Assembly (NCBI GenBank): GCA_963727445.1
Contig: CAVSGI010000002.1
Coordinates: forward strand, 1-64,000
Length of the DNA: 64,000 nt
From: an uncultured delta proteobacterium
GTDB taxonomy: Bacteria; Myxococcota_A; Polyangia; Polyangiales; B10-G4
Direction of reading: 5' to 3'
This document shows positions 1 through 8,595 of the stretch, in pieces; position 1 is the stretch's first letter, and every line of letters begins with the position of its first letter. Both the position numbers and the translations under genes were made by a program. The notes below the pieces were generated by a model. The model was not told the origin of the DNA and searched no databases. It saw nothing but the letters and a program-made list of their open reading frames with translations.

Positions 1-1021
1 TGCCGGTGGCAGAGGCTGATCGGTGCGGTATCGATGTGGTGGCTTGAGCGGCGCCTATGGTTGCGGTGATGACGGTGCTGGCGGCGACGGCGGCGGCGGC
101 GACGGCAGCATGGATGGCAGCGGCGGCGACGGCGGCGGTGGCGACGGCGGCGGTGGCGACGGCGGCGGCATGGACGGCGGCGGCGGCGACGGCGGCGGCA
201 TGGACGGCGGCGGTGGTGACGGCGGCGGCGGTGACGGCGGCGGCGGCGGGTGTACGGTCATCGAGTGCCAGGGACACATCCGTCAGTGCGGCGACTGCAT
301 GGACAACGATGGCGATGGCCTGATCGACCAGGACGACGACGACTGCCTCGGGCCCTGCGACAACAACGAGGACAACTACTACGCCGCCATCCCGGGCAGC
401 CCCCCGACGAACTGCAGTCGGGACTGCTACTTCGATCAGGACGACGGCTCGGGCAACGACACCTGCCGCTGGGATTTCCAGTGCGATCCCCTCGAGCCGG
501 GGCCGGCGCGCTGTATGTACAGCGATCCGCCCCCACCTTCGGCGAGCTGTCCCGATCCGCAGACATCCACCTGTCACGACGTCTGCGGGCCGCTGACCCC
601 GAACGGCTGCGACTGCTTCGGGTGCTGCGAGCTCCCCGGTGGCTCGGGCAACTTCGTCTACGTCGGCACCTACGACCCGGACACCATGGAAGGCACCTGT
701 GCCCTCGGCAGCGAGACGGACACCGACCTCTGCCATCCGTGCACGCCGGTGGACGACTGCCTCAACACCTGCGAGCGCTGCGAGATCTGCCTCGGACGTA
801 CGGCCGACGATCTTCCCGCGGACTGCTTCCCACCGCCCCCCGACGGAGGCACGCCGGACGGCGGCTTCCCCGATGGCGCGACGCCCGACGGCTCGGTCGA
901 CAGCGGCACCCCGCCGCCGCCGACCTGCGCAGACGGACGCCAGGCATGCGACGTCCCCGGCGCGGGCCCGTGTCCCTCGGGCTACTACTGCATCACCGGC
1001 TGCTGCACCTTCTTCGGCTGA
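1..1021 (+). CDS. Cys-rich lipoprotein with Gly/Asp linker (5' end probably outside window or frameshifted); paralog of 2954..3931
   Basis: ORF 23..1021: lipobox-like AYG-C then GDD, a (GGGD)n linker, and a domain with DCMDNDGDGLID, RDCYFD, PLTPNGCDCFGCC and YYCITGCC motifs shared with 2954..3931. Confidence 0.8.
77..250 (+). repeat. GGC/GAC low-complexity repeat encoding the Gly/Asp linker
   Basis: Runs of ggcggcggcgac and atggacggcggc inside the first CDS. Confidence 0.85.
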
Positions 1022-1040
1022 GTCAGCTGGTCGCTGACAG

Positions 1041-1073
1041 CGCCGCCCCGGCTTCGGCCGCGGGCGGCGTTTT
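1041..1073 (+). terminator. Rho-independent terminator
   Basis: cgccgccc-cggc-TTCG-gccg-(c)-gggcggcg followed by tttt, 20 nt after the stop at 1021. Confidence 0.8.
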
Positions 1074-1085
1074 CGTTTCTGCGCC

Positions 1086-2168
1086 TCAGTAGATCCCCGG
1101 AATGATCCGCTTTGGCACGCGCGCGCGGTACTGCTCCCAGAGCGGGCCATACTTCGCGGCGCAGCGGCGATCGTCGTCGCGCTCGCGCGGGAAGAGCAGG
1201 ACGACGTAGTAGAGCGGGTAGAGCCAGGGCCAGGGCGAGGCAGGCTCGCCGAGGGACAGGGCGAGGCCGGTCGCCATGAGCAGCTCGCCGAGATAGTTCA
1301 CGTGGCGCGAGATGCCCCAGAAGCCCGAGCACAGCAGCGTCCGCTCGCCGTCGGTGATCGTCTCGGGCTTCATGAAGCCGAGAAACGCGCGCGCGGGATC
1401 CCGCTTGAACGTGTACTTCTGCATGTTGGCGCCCCGCGCGATGCTCCAGCCGGCGAAGAAGCAGATCGCCGCGACGACGTAGAGCGCCAGAGGGGCGTGG
1501 GGATTCGGCTCGGACGCCATCGCCCACAGGCCCACCGGATAGAAGTAGGGGTAGAAGGTGAGGCACCCCCACCCGAGCTTGAAACCGACGCGCTCGGCGA
1601 AGAGATCGTAGGTGTAGAGGTGCACGCGCTCGAAGAAGAGATAGTCGACGACGAAGTAGCTGAAGAGCGCGACGTAGAGGGCGACGCCCGGAGAGGGATC
1701 GGCGCGGTGCGTGAGGAAGTGGTGCGCGCCGAAAGAGAGCAGGTGCAGCTCGAGCATCGTCGCGCCCACGAGGTAGAGGAACATCTTCGCGTCGACGCGC
1801 CCGCCGAGGTACTGCGGGTTTTCGAGGCGGCCGAGATAGAAGTCGGCGAGCAAGGTGCCCTTCGGTGGTCCGGCGCGAACGACGAGCGCGCTGTAGACGA
1901 GCCCGGTCGTGCACGCGCCTGCGAGGCTCTCCCAGCGGACCTGGTAGAGGTAGTCCCAGGGCAAGACGCCCGTCGCGCCGACGGTCGCCCACGCGCCGAC
2001 GGTGACGAGCATCACGAAGAGGCCGTTGAGGCGGTAGCGAAGCGGGGCGCGGGTCTCAGGGTCGCGTACGTACCCCTCGACGCGGCGCGCGGGCAACACG
2101 ACGTGGAGCAGCAGCACGCAGGCGTAGACCACCATCGGTGCGACGAAGCCGTCCCAGCGAAGCTGCAT
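1086..2168 (-). CDS. ERG4/ERG24/DHCR7-family sterol reductase (360 aa integral membrane protein)
   Basis: Starts MQLRW at ATG 2168 (TGATG overlap with the upstream SDR); motifs YRLNG, DFYLGRLENP, DLFAERVGFKLGWG, LLCSGFWGISRHVNYLGE, RERDDDRRCAAKYG..W..Y...VP.RIIPGIY. Confidence 0.9.
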   Translation of the reverse strand: MQLRWDGFVAPMVVYACVLLLHVVLPARRVEGYVRDPETRAPLRYRLNGLFVMLVTVGAWATVGATGVLPWDYLYQVRWESLAGACTTGLVYSALVVRAGPPKGTLLADFYLGRLENPQYLGGRVDAKMFLYLVGATMLELHLLSFGAHHFLTHRADPSPGVALYVALFSYFVVDYLFFERVHLYTYDLFAERVGFKLGWGCLTFYPYFYPVGLWAMASEPNPHAPLALYVVAAICFFAGWSIARGANMQKYTFKRDPARAFLGFMKPETITDGERTLLCSGFWGISRHVNYLGELLMATGLALSLGEPASPWPWLYPLYYVVLLFPRERDDDRRCAAKYGPLWEQYRARVPKRIIPGIY

Positions 2169-2957
2169 CAGTCGAGGTCCTCGGTGTTCGAGCGCATGAT
2201 CGACACCGCGGTCTTTCGCGGGAGCCAGCGCCCCACCACCACGCTCGCGACCTTGTTCACGAAGCCAGGCACGACGCGGGGCCCCTTGCCGAGACCGCGG
2301 AGCGTGGTCTCGGCCACCTCCCTCGGATCGAGGGTGCCCGGCGCCTCCTTGGCGCCGGCCGACGACGAGAGATAGCCCGGCGTGCGCACCGCGCCCGCGC
2401 AAGAGGCGACGACATCCACGCCCGCGTCGCCGAGCTCGCTCCAGAGGCTCTCCGCGAGGACCACCGAAAAGGCCTTGCTCGCCGCGTAGGCGGCGAGGCG
2501 AGGCGAGCCCGCGAGCCCGGCGAGGGAGCTCATCAGCACCAGCCCGCCCCGGCCGCGCGCGATCATCGGGGGCGCGAGGGTGCGCGCGAAGAGGAGCGGC
2601 CCTCGGACGTTGACGTCCACCACGGCCGACAGCTCTTCGAGGGAGCGCTCCACGAAGGCGCCGCGGGGCGAATAGGCCGCGTTGTAGACGCCGAGGCCGA
2701 CCTCGCGGGACCGGGCGATCTCGGCGAGGCGCGGCGCCAGGCCCGGGTTCGCGAGATTCGAGGGCGCGCGTCTCTACATCGACTCCGTACCTCTCACGGA
2801 GTCGCGCCGCGGTCGACTCGAGGACCTCTGCGCGGCGGGCGATCAGGACGAGGCTCATCCCCCGACCTGCCAGTGCCTCGGCGAAGGCCGCGCCGAGGCC
2901 TTCGGAGGCGCCGGCGACGATCGCCCACGCGCCGTAAGCTGCGATCCGATCCGTCAG
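2168..2957 (-). CDS. Short-chain dehydrogenase/reductase (17beta-HSD/ketoacyl reductase-like), one frameshift near 2757; start codon uncertain
   Basis: WAIVAGASEGLG Rossmann motif in one frame; NAA, MSSLAG and YAASK (YxxxK) in the frame of ORF 2168..2653; removing one base at about 2757 joins them (ALDLANPGL). Confidence 0.8.
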
Positions 2958-3931
2958 ATGAGTGTCGACTGGCAGCAGCCGGTGACGCAGTAGTAGTTGA
3001 CCGGGCAGTCGGCGTCGCCGGGCAGACCGCAGGCCTGAACGCCGTCGGGACAGCGCGGCGGGGGGTAGGTGCCGCCGTCGGGAGGCGTGGACGCGTCCGG
3101 GTAGGTCATCAGACATTCGGGAGGCAGCGTGGTGCGACCCAGACAGAGCTCGCACTCACCGCAGTCGTTGAAGCAGTCCGCCACCGGGTCGCAGGGACGG
3201 CAGAGCGAGGTGTCCATGATGTCGTCGAAGGTGCAGGTGCCCTCGCCGTCGACGCTGTCGCTGATCCCGGAGCCGAGCCAGACCCATTCGCCACCGTCGG
3301 CGTCGGAGCGACCCGCCAGCGCGTCGAAGGTGCAACAACCGAAGCAGTCACAGCCGTTCGGGGTCAGGGGACGGCATACGTCGAGGCATGTCGCGTTCTG
3401 GGTGTCGGGGCAGCGCATGCCGCCGAGCTCGCCCATGTCATAAGGGCAGACCGAATCGGGCTCGTTCGGGTCGCAGAGCGTGTCCCAACGGCACTCGTCG
3501 TTTCCGGATCCATTTCCGTAGTCGAAGTAGCAGTCGCGATTACACGACGCACCACGCTCGCCGCCGACGCCGGTGGTGAGCGCCGCGTACTCGGTGTTGT
3601 CGCAGGGCCCGAGGCACTCGGGATCGTGCGAATCGATGAGCCCGTCGCCGTCGTTGTCCATGCAGTCACCGCACTCGGTGGGGTGACCCGCGCAGGTGGT
3701 CACGTAGCAGGTGTACGTGCCGCCGTCCGGGTCCGTGACCGTGACGCCACCCTCACGAACGACGATGGGACCGTCCGAGGTGGGCGCATCCGTGGGGGCT
3801 CCGTCCATGCTCACGATCGCGTCGCTGCCCGTGCCCCCGCCGTCCGGCGTCCCCGAGCTGTCGGAGCAGTCGCACGCGGCGACGGGAAGGAGAAGCGCGA
3901 AAGCGAAGGCCCAACGGATGGAGGAGTGCAT
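2954..3931 (-). CDS. Cys-rich lipoprotein, paralog of 1..1021
   Basis: Signal peptide ending VAA-C; shares CGDCMDNDGDGLID, CLGPCDN, RDCYFD, PLTPNGCDCFGCC, CLGRT and YYC.TGCC with the first CDS. Confidence 0.85.
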   Translation of the reverse strand: MHSSIRWAFAFALLLPVAACDCSDSSGTPDGGGTGSDAIVSMDGAPTDAPTSDGPIVVREGGVTVTDPDGGTYTCYVTTCAGHPTECGDCMDNDGDGLIDSHDPECLGPCDNTEYAALTTGVGGERGASCNRDCYFDYGNGSGNDECRWDTLCDPNEPDSVCPYDMGELGGMRCPDTQNATCLDVCRPLTPNGCDCFGCCTFDALAGRSDADGGEWVWLGSGISDSVDGEGTCTFDDIMDTSLCRPCDPVADCFNDCGECELCLGRTTLPPECLMTYPDASTPPDGGTYPPPRCPDGVQACGLPGDADCPVNYYCVTGCCQSTLI

Positions 3932-4028
3932 GGCTCATCATACACCCGCCGATCGCCGCGCCGAAAACCCCGTATGTAGGATGTCTCCCCACCCGCCCGG
4001 GTGATCCGTGCTAGGACGCCTCTCGTTC

Positions 4029-4463
4029 ATGGGAGGCGACCTCGGTCTGGTGCTGCGTGCCCTTCACGTCCTCGGCGTCATCGCCTGGGTGGGCGGCGTG
4101 CTCGCCTGCGGCCTGATGGTGGCCCTCGCCGACGGCGAATCGAGACGGGGCGCGGCCGCCGCCGCCCGCAAGGCCCTGAGGATCGTCGTGAACCCCGCCA
4201 TGCTGGTCGCCTGGATCGTCGGGCTCGCGATCCTCATCCCGAACTTCGCCGGCTACTACGCCAAGGCCGGCTGGATGCACGCCAAGCTCACCCTGGTCTT
4301 CGTCGCCAGCGGCATGACCGGCGTCCTCGGCGGCACGCTGAAGCGGATCGCCGCCGGAGGGGACGCGAGGCTCGGGCGAGTCCGCATCCTCGCGATCGGG
4401 ATCTTCGTGATCGCGGTGATCGCGGTCTTCCTCGTCGAGCTTCAGCCCGGCGGCGCCGGCTGA
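4029..4463 (+). CDS. CopD/HemJ (UPF0093)-like four-TM membrane protein
   Basis: LRALHVLGVIAW, NPAML and GWMHAKLTLV resemble HemJ; the LPRLF and FNE motifs are absent, so function is uncertain. Confidence 0.65.
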   Translation: MGGDLGLVLRALHVLGVIAWVGGVLACGLMVALADGESRRGAAAAARKALRIVVNPAMLVAWIVGLAILIPNFAGYYAKAGWMHAKLTLVFVASGMTGVLGGTLKRIAAGGDARLGRVRILAIGIFVIAVIAVFLVELQPGGAG

Positions 4464-4464
4464 G

Positions 4465-4857
4465 TCAGCCGCCGTCGGATGGCGGCGCGCCGTAGGCGGC
4501 GGCCAAAGAGTCCGCGGCCGCGTCTGCAGGCGCGTCGGCAGCCGCATCGGTCGCGGCGTCCGCGGCCCCGTCGGGGCTGGCATCGGGCGTTCCGCTGTCG
4601 AAGGCCGCGCCGGTGTCCGCGGGAGCGCCGTAGAGAGGCACCGAGCTGTCGTCTCCGCAGCCGCTGACCGCGACCACGCCGGCCGCGGCTGCCCCGAAGG
4701 CGAAGAGCGCCGCGCGGCTCAGGCGCCCCTGCGGTGGGGTCACGAGCGGAGGAAGCTCGGCTTCCGAGGGGAGCCCGGACCCGCAGAAGGGGCAGTGAGG
4801 CTCGGAGAGACGAACGTGGCGGCTGCAGCCGGTGCAGGGGACGAGGCGGTGGCTCAT
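4465..4857 (-). CDS. Small protein: N-terminal Zn finger, hydrophobic segment ending in Cys, two XYGAP motifs
   Basis: CTGC..HV..CPFC; RLSRAALFAFGAAAAGVVAVSG-CGDD; LYGAP and AYGAPP; TAGTCT box 6 nt before the ATG. Confidence 0.8.
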   Translation of the reverse strand: MSHRLVPCTGCSRHVRLSEPHCPFCGSGLPSEAELPPLVTPPQGRLSRAALFAFGAAAAGVVAVSGCGDDSSVPLYGAPADTGAAFDSGTPDASPDGAADAATDAAADAPADAAADSLAAAYGAPPSDGG

Positions 4858-4942
4858 GGGGGGAGACTATCAAACCTCCTTCAGTGGCTAGAGGAGTCGC
4901 CGCTTACGCCCTGACATCACAGGGCTTTTTGGCGGCCGAGGC

Positions 4943-4958
4943 TGGATTGGCGCTTGCG
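4943..4958 (+). promoter_or_regulatory. Possible sigma54 (-24/-12) promoter for 4975..7328
   Basis: TGGattggcgcTTGCG has GG-N10-GC spacing and ends 16 nt before the ATG. Confidence 0.4.
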
Positions 4959-4974
4959 TAATGGCCAGTCAGCC

Positions 4975-7328
4975 ATGCGTACATCGATCGTCCCCCTTCT
5001 CCTCGCCCTCGCCTTCGGCTGCACCTCGCCCATGGACGCCGGCCCTGACGCCGACGCCGAGGACCTGGGCTCCATCGGAACCAAGGATGACTCGACGAGC
5101 GTCCGTGAGGTGGAGATCGACCTCGCTCCCGGCGACGTGAAGCGCTTCCGCGTCACCGCCCAGCGCTTTCACGCCGAGCTCGCCCAGAGCGACGAGGGCG
5201 ACGGCTTCGACGCCGCGATGCTGAGCGCGAAGAACTACGACATCGAGATGGAGGGGGAGACCGCCCACGATCCGTCCATCGAGGTGGCGGCGCCGGCCGG
5301 CCAGGACGAGGAGATCCGGAACTGGACCCTTCGCGTCCACAACCTCGGCACCGGCCGCTTGCACGGAACGCTGACCATCGAGGCCGTCATCGAGCTGCCC
5401 GACACCGGCGGGATCCTCCGCGAGACAGACGTCACCGTCGGCCCGAACGACACCCGGCGCTACCGCGTGAGCGGTCCCTCGATCGTCGCGTCCCTCACCA
5501 CCTCCCCCGCCGTGCTCGCCCAGCTCTCGGCCAAGCACTATGACATCGACGTCGCCGGCGAGCCGTCGACCTCGCCCACCGTCGAGGCCATCAGCCCCGA
5601 CGACAGCCTGCGGAACTGGACGATCCGAGTGGAGAACCTCTCGGACCAGACGCTCGAGGGGCATCTCACGGTCGAGATCCGCACCGAGGCACCGCCCCCG
5701 CCGCCCCCCGGCCCGGCCGGCCGCCCCACCCTCGCCGCTCCGGTTCGGAGCGACAACGAGTTCGCGACCTATGCCGACACCGCACCCTACGTGCGGTCGG
5801 TGAATTGGGAGCACCCGCTGATCCAGCGCGCCATGGCCGCGATGGGCCCGGGCTACCGCAGCACCTTCAGCTACGGCGATTGGCGCGTGGCCTACGGCCT
5901 CGAGAACGAGCGCGACGGCTCGGAGACGGATATTCGCAACGCGAAGATCCGGAACTTCATGCGCGTGCTCTGCGGCGAGCTCCGCGACTGGCCCGACGCC
6001 CTCCGCACGCGCCTTCAGGTGATCGCCGACCACCAGAGCTACGCGACCGATCAGGAGGTGAGCTCCTTCGACACGGAACGGAACCTCTTCGATCAGCTGA
6101 CCTATCCGGCCTACGAGCGGATGGTTCGCACCATGCGCACCGTCCACAGCTACCGCGGGCGCGCGCTCGCGGATTCCAACGACTCCTACAACTACGGATT
6201 CGGGACCTTCGGTCACGGCTCACGCCGGGTGCAGAACGCGGTGCCGCCGTGGACGCACTGCGACATGAAGTTCATGTTCACGCACTACATGACGGCGGAC
6301 GCGCCCGAGTGGCCCGACGGCGCCACCTACGAGCGTGAGTACGACGAGTATCGCGCCACCGAGTGCAGCGACGAGGACTATGCGTGGATGTACAACTTCC
6401 GCGGCCACGTGAACTTCCAGCCGCTGTGGCTCGAATCGAACGCCTTCATGATGAACTCGCGACGGGCGCGCGGAGCCGAGATCAGCGGCCGCGGCAACGA
6501 CTACTACCTCCGGCCTTTCGCCACCCGGCACGCGGCGGCGCGCGCCGCCTGGGGAACCTACCTGTTCTACCCCGACGCGGATCACTCGGAGATGATCAAG
6601 GCGTCGGAGAGCGGCGGCGGACCGATCCTCTACATCACCGATCAGGACCTCGACGAGGATGGCCTCGCCGACTACCGGCTCTTCGACACGGACGGTTGCG
6701 GTGACCAGGGCGTGGGGCTGCCGGTCCCGAGCCAGAACTGCAACATGGTGAGCTGGGAGGAGGCGTGGTTCACGCCGAACACCACCGGCCACTCCTCGCA
6801 TTGGGATCCGGCCCATTTCTCCCAGCCCGACATGGGCTTCCTCGAGGCCTTCACGACCTTTGACGCGCGGATGGCGCGCTTCAACCAGGCGCTCGACCGC
6901 CACACCAACTGGGGCCCGACCGGCTACTACATGCTGAACGCCTCCGACCCCGACGACCACAGCCCGCGCTTCTTCGGCGCCTATTCACCCATCGTCGCGG
7001 CGAGCTACGACGTGTCTGCCAGCGACTTCTTCATCCGCCGCGACTACGACACCACACCGAGCTTCGAGCGGGGCCGCGCCAAGTGGCTCTACGTGATGAA
7101 GTTCCCTGCCGAGCGCTACTACGACTCGCACGCGATGGAAGAGGGGCGCCCGATGGACTTCGACCAGAGCTACTTCAGCGAGCCGTCGCTCTCGAACGAT
7201 TTCTACGACGAGCGCGCCCTCGACCACTGGGGCTACATCCCCGCCGAGGAGCACCACGCGCAGATTATCTGACCTATGGAAACCGGGGCGACGACGTCCC
7301 GGCGCTCGAGCCCATCCCCGCGCCCTGA
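4975..7328 (+). CDS. Large hypothetical lipoprotein; two repeated N-terminal domains; probable frameshift near 7265 (called ORF stops at 7272)
   Basis: MRTSIVPLLLALAFG-C; internal duplication LSAKNYDIE..RNWTLRVHNL vs LSAKHYDID..RNWTIRVENL; Pro linker; a shifted frame continues YLTYGNRGDDVPALEPIPAP to the stop at 7328. Confidence 0.75.
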
Positions 7329-7342
7329 AGCGGAGCGGGCCT

Positions 7343-7780
7343 TCAGCGCTGCGGAACGTAGCGAAAGCGCGCGCCGTCGACGTCGGCCTCGGCGATGGTG
7401 GTGATGAGATCCGGAGCCACCGGGTCGGAGGTCACGGCGCTCATGTTCGCGTGCGGCTCGCCCGTGCCGGGCTTGAAGGCCGGCCGGCTCTCCTCCGCGG
7501 TGGGGCTGCCGGGGTGCATGGCGAAGACCCAGGACGCCACCGAAGGCGACGGGATCTGCGCGAGCGAAGGGCGCACCAACGGGTGCTCCACGCGGGCGCG
7601 CAGCTCGGCGGGCGAGGTCGCATCGGCGTGCAACTCCATCCCCGGGTCGGCCTCGACCCGAGACGAGGCCGTCACCTGCGCGTTCGCGGGTGTGGTGGAC
7701 ATCTCCGCCCGTGGGGTGACACTGGATCCGCAGCCGAGCGCCGCGAGGACGAGGAAGACGCCAGAGAGCCTGTACTTCAT
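7343..7780 (-). CDS. Hypothetical lipoprotein
   Basis: MKYRLSGVFLVLAALG-C lipobox; gagggg RBS-like sequence upstream. Confidence 0.65.
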   Translation of the reverse strand: MKYRLSGVFLVLAALGCGSSVTPRAEMSTTPANAQVTASSRVEADPGMELHADATSPAELRARVEHPLVRPSLAQIPSPSVASWVFAMHPGSPTAEESRPAFKPGTGEPHANMSAVTSDPVAPDLITTIAEADVDGARFRYVPQR

Positions 7781-7901
7781 GAGACCCCTCGCTTTCCTGC
7801 CCCATTACATAGGACCGGAATGTGGGATCACAAGGGGACCATGTGCGCGCAGGTAAGCCGGGGAGCCGGAGGAACGAGTAGTCCCGCGGAACTGGAAGGG
7901 A

Positions 7902-8549
7902 TCAGCGGTCGAGCTTTTCGGCCACCATCGAGTTCAGCTCGTTGTGGATCCGACGGTAGTCGTACCAGCTTCGGGCCACCGCCGTGACGTGCTCGCGGGC
8001 GGCGTCTTCGTCGTAGCCCTCCCCCTCCGGGATCGCTTCGAGGTAGGCGATGTAGCCGCTCCAAGCGCTCCGGCCTTCACCGACGGCGCTCTCGAGCTCG
8101 CGCACCTTCCCCTGCATCTCGGGCGGCGGGATCAGCGCCTGAAGCGCTGGCTCGAGCTCCGCGAGCTTGTCCATGCATTCGTCGCGCACCTGTCGGGCGT
8201 AGTTGCCGCGTCCGTTCGCTGCGCGGCGATTGATCGCCGCCATCAGCGCGGTGTTGTCGTGGATCTCCGCGATGTCTTCCCCGCGCAGCGCGCAGCCCCA
8301 GAAGACGTCGAAGTCGTTGGTCCTCAGGCCGTTGATGTTGCGGCCGAACTGCGAATACATCTCCTCCTCGCCGCCGCTCGCCATGTAGGCGATGAGCGCC
8401 ACCACAGCGAGAATGACGCTGCCGATCATCACGGCGAGCATGCGGCCGCGGCCGCTCTTCATCGCCTTCTCATCGGCCTCCATCGAAGCGATCGGCCCGA
8501 GGGGCATCTGTCCGCCGCCCACTCCCAGGTTGTCGTTGGGGTCGCTCAT
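7902..8549 (-). CDS. Hypothetical single-TM membrane protein
   Basis: 215 aa with normal composition, TM segment MLAVMIGSVILAVVALIAYM, GGAGGAAGAG RBS; follows the TPR gene on the same strand. Confidence 0.75.
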   Translation of the reverse strand: MSDPNDNLGVGGGQMPLGPIASMEADEKAMKSGRGRMLAVMIGSVILAVVALIAYMASGGEEEMYSQFGRNINGLRTNDFDVFWGCALRGEDIAEIHDNTALMAAINRRAANGRGNYARQVRDECMDKLAELEPALQALIPPPEMQGKVRELESAVGEGRSAWSGYIAYLEAIPEGEGYDEDAAREHVTAVARSWYDYRRIHNELNSMVAEKLDR

Positions 8550-8595
8550 CGAACTCTTCCTCCGATCGCAGGGGCCCCTCGCCCCGTGGCGGCCC

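Noticed and set aside
1086..3155. 689-aa ORF as an SDR-sterol reductase fusion
   Set aside because: Artefact of the frameshift near 2757; the SDR has its own stop overlapping the reductase ATG at 2168.
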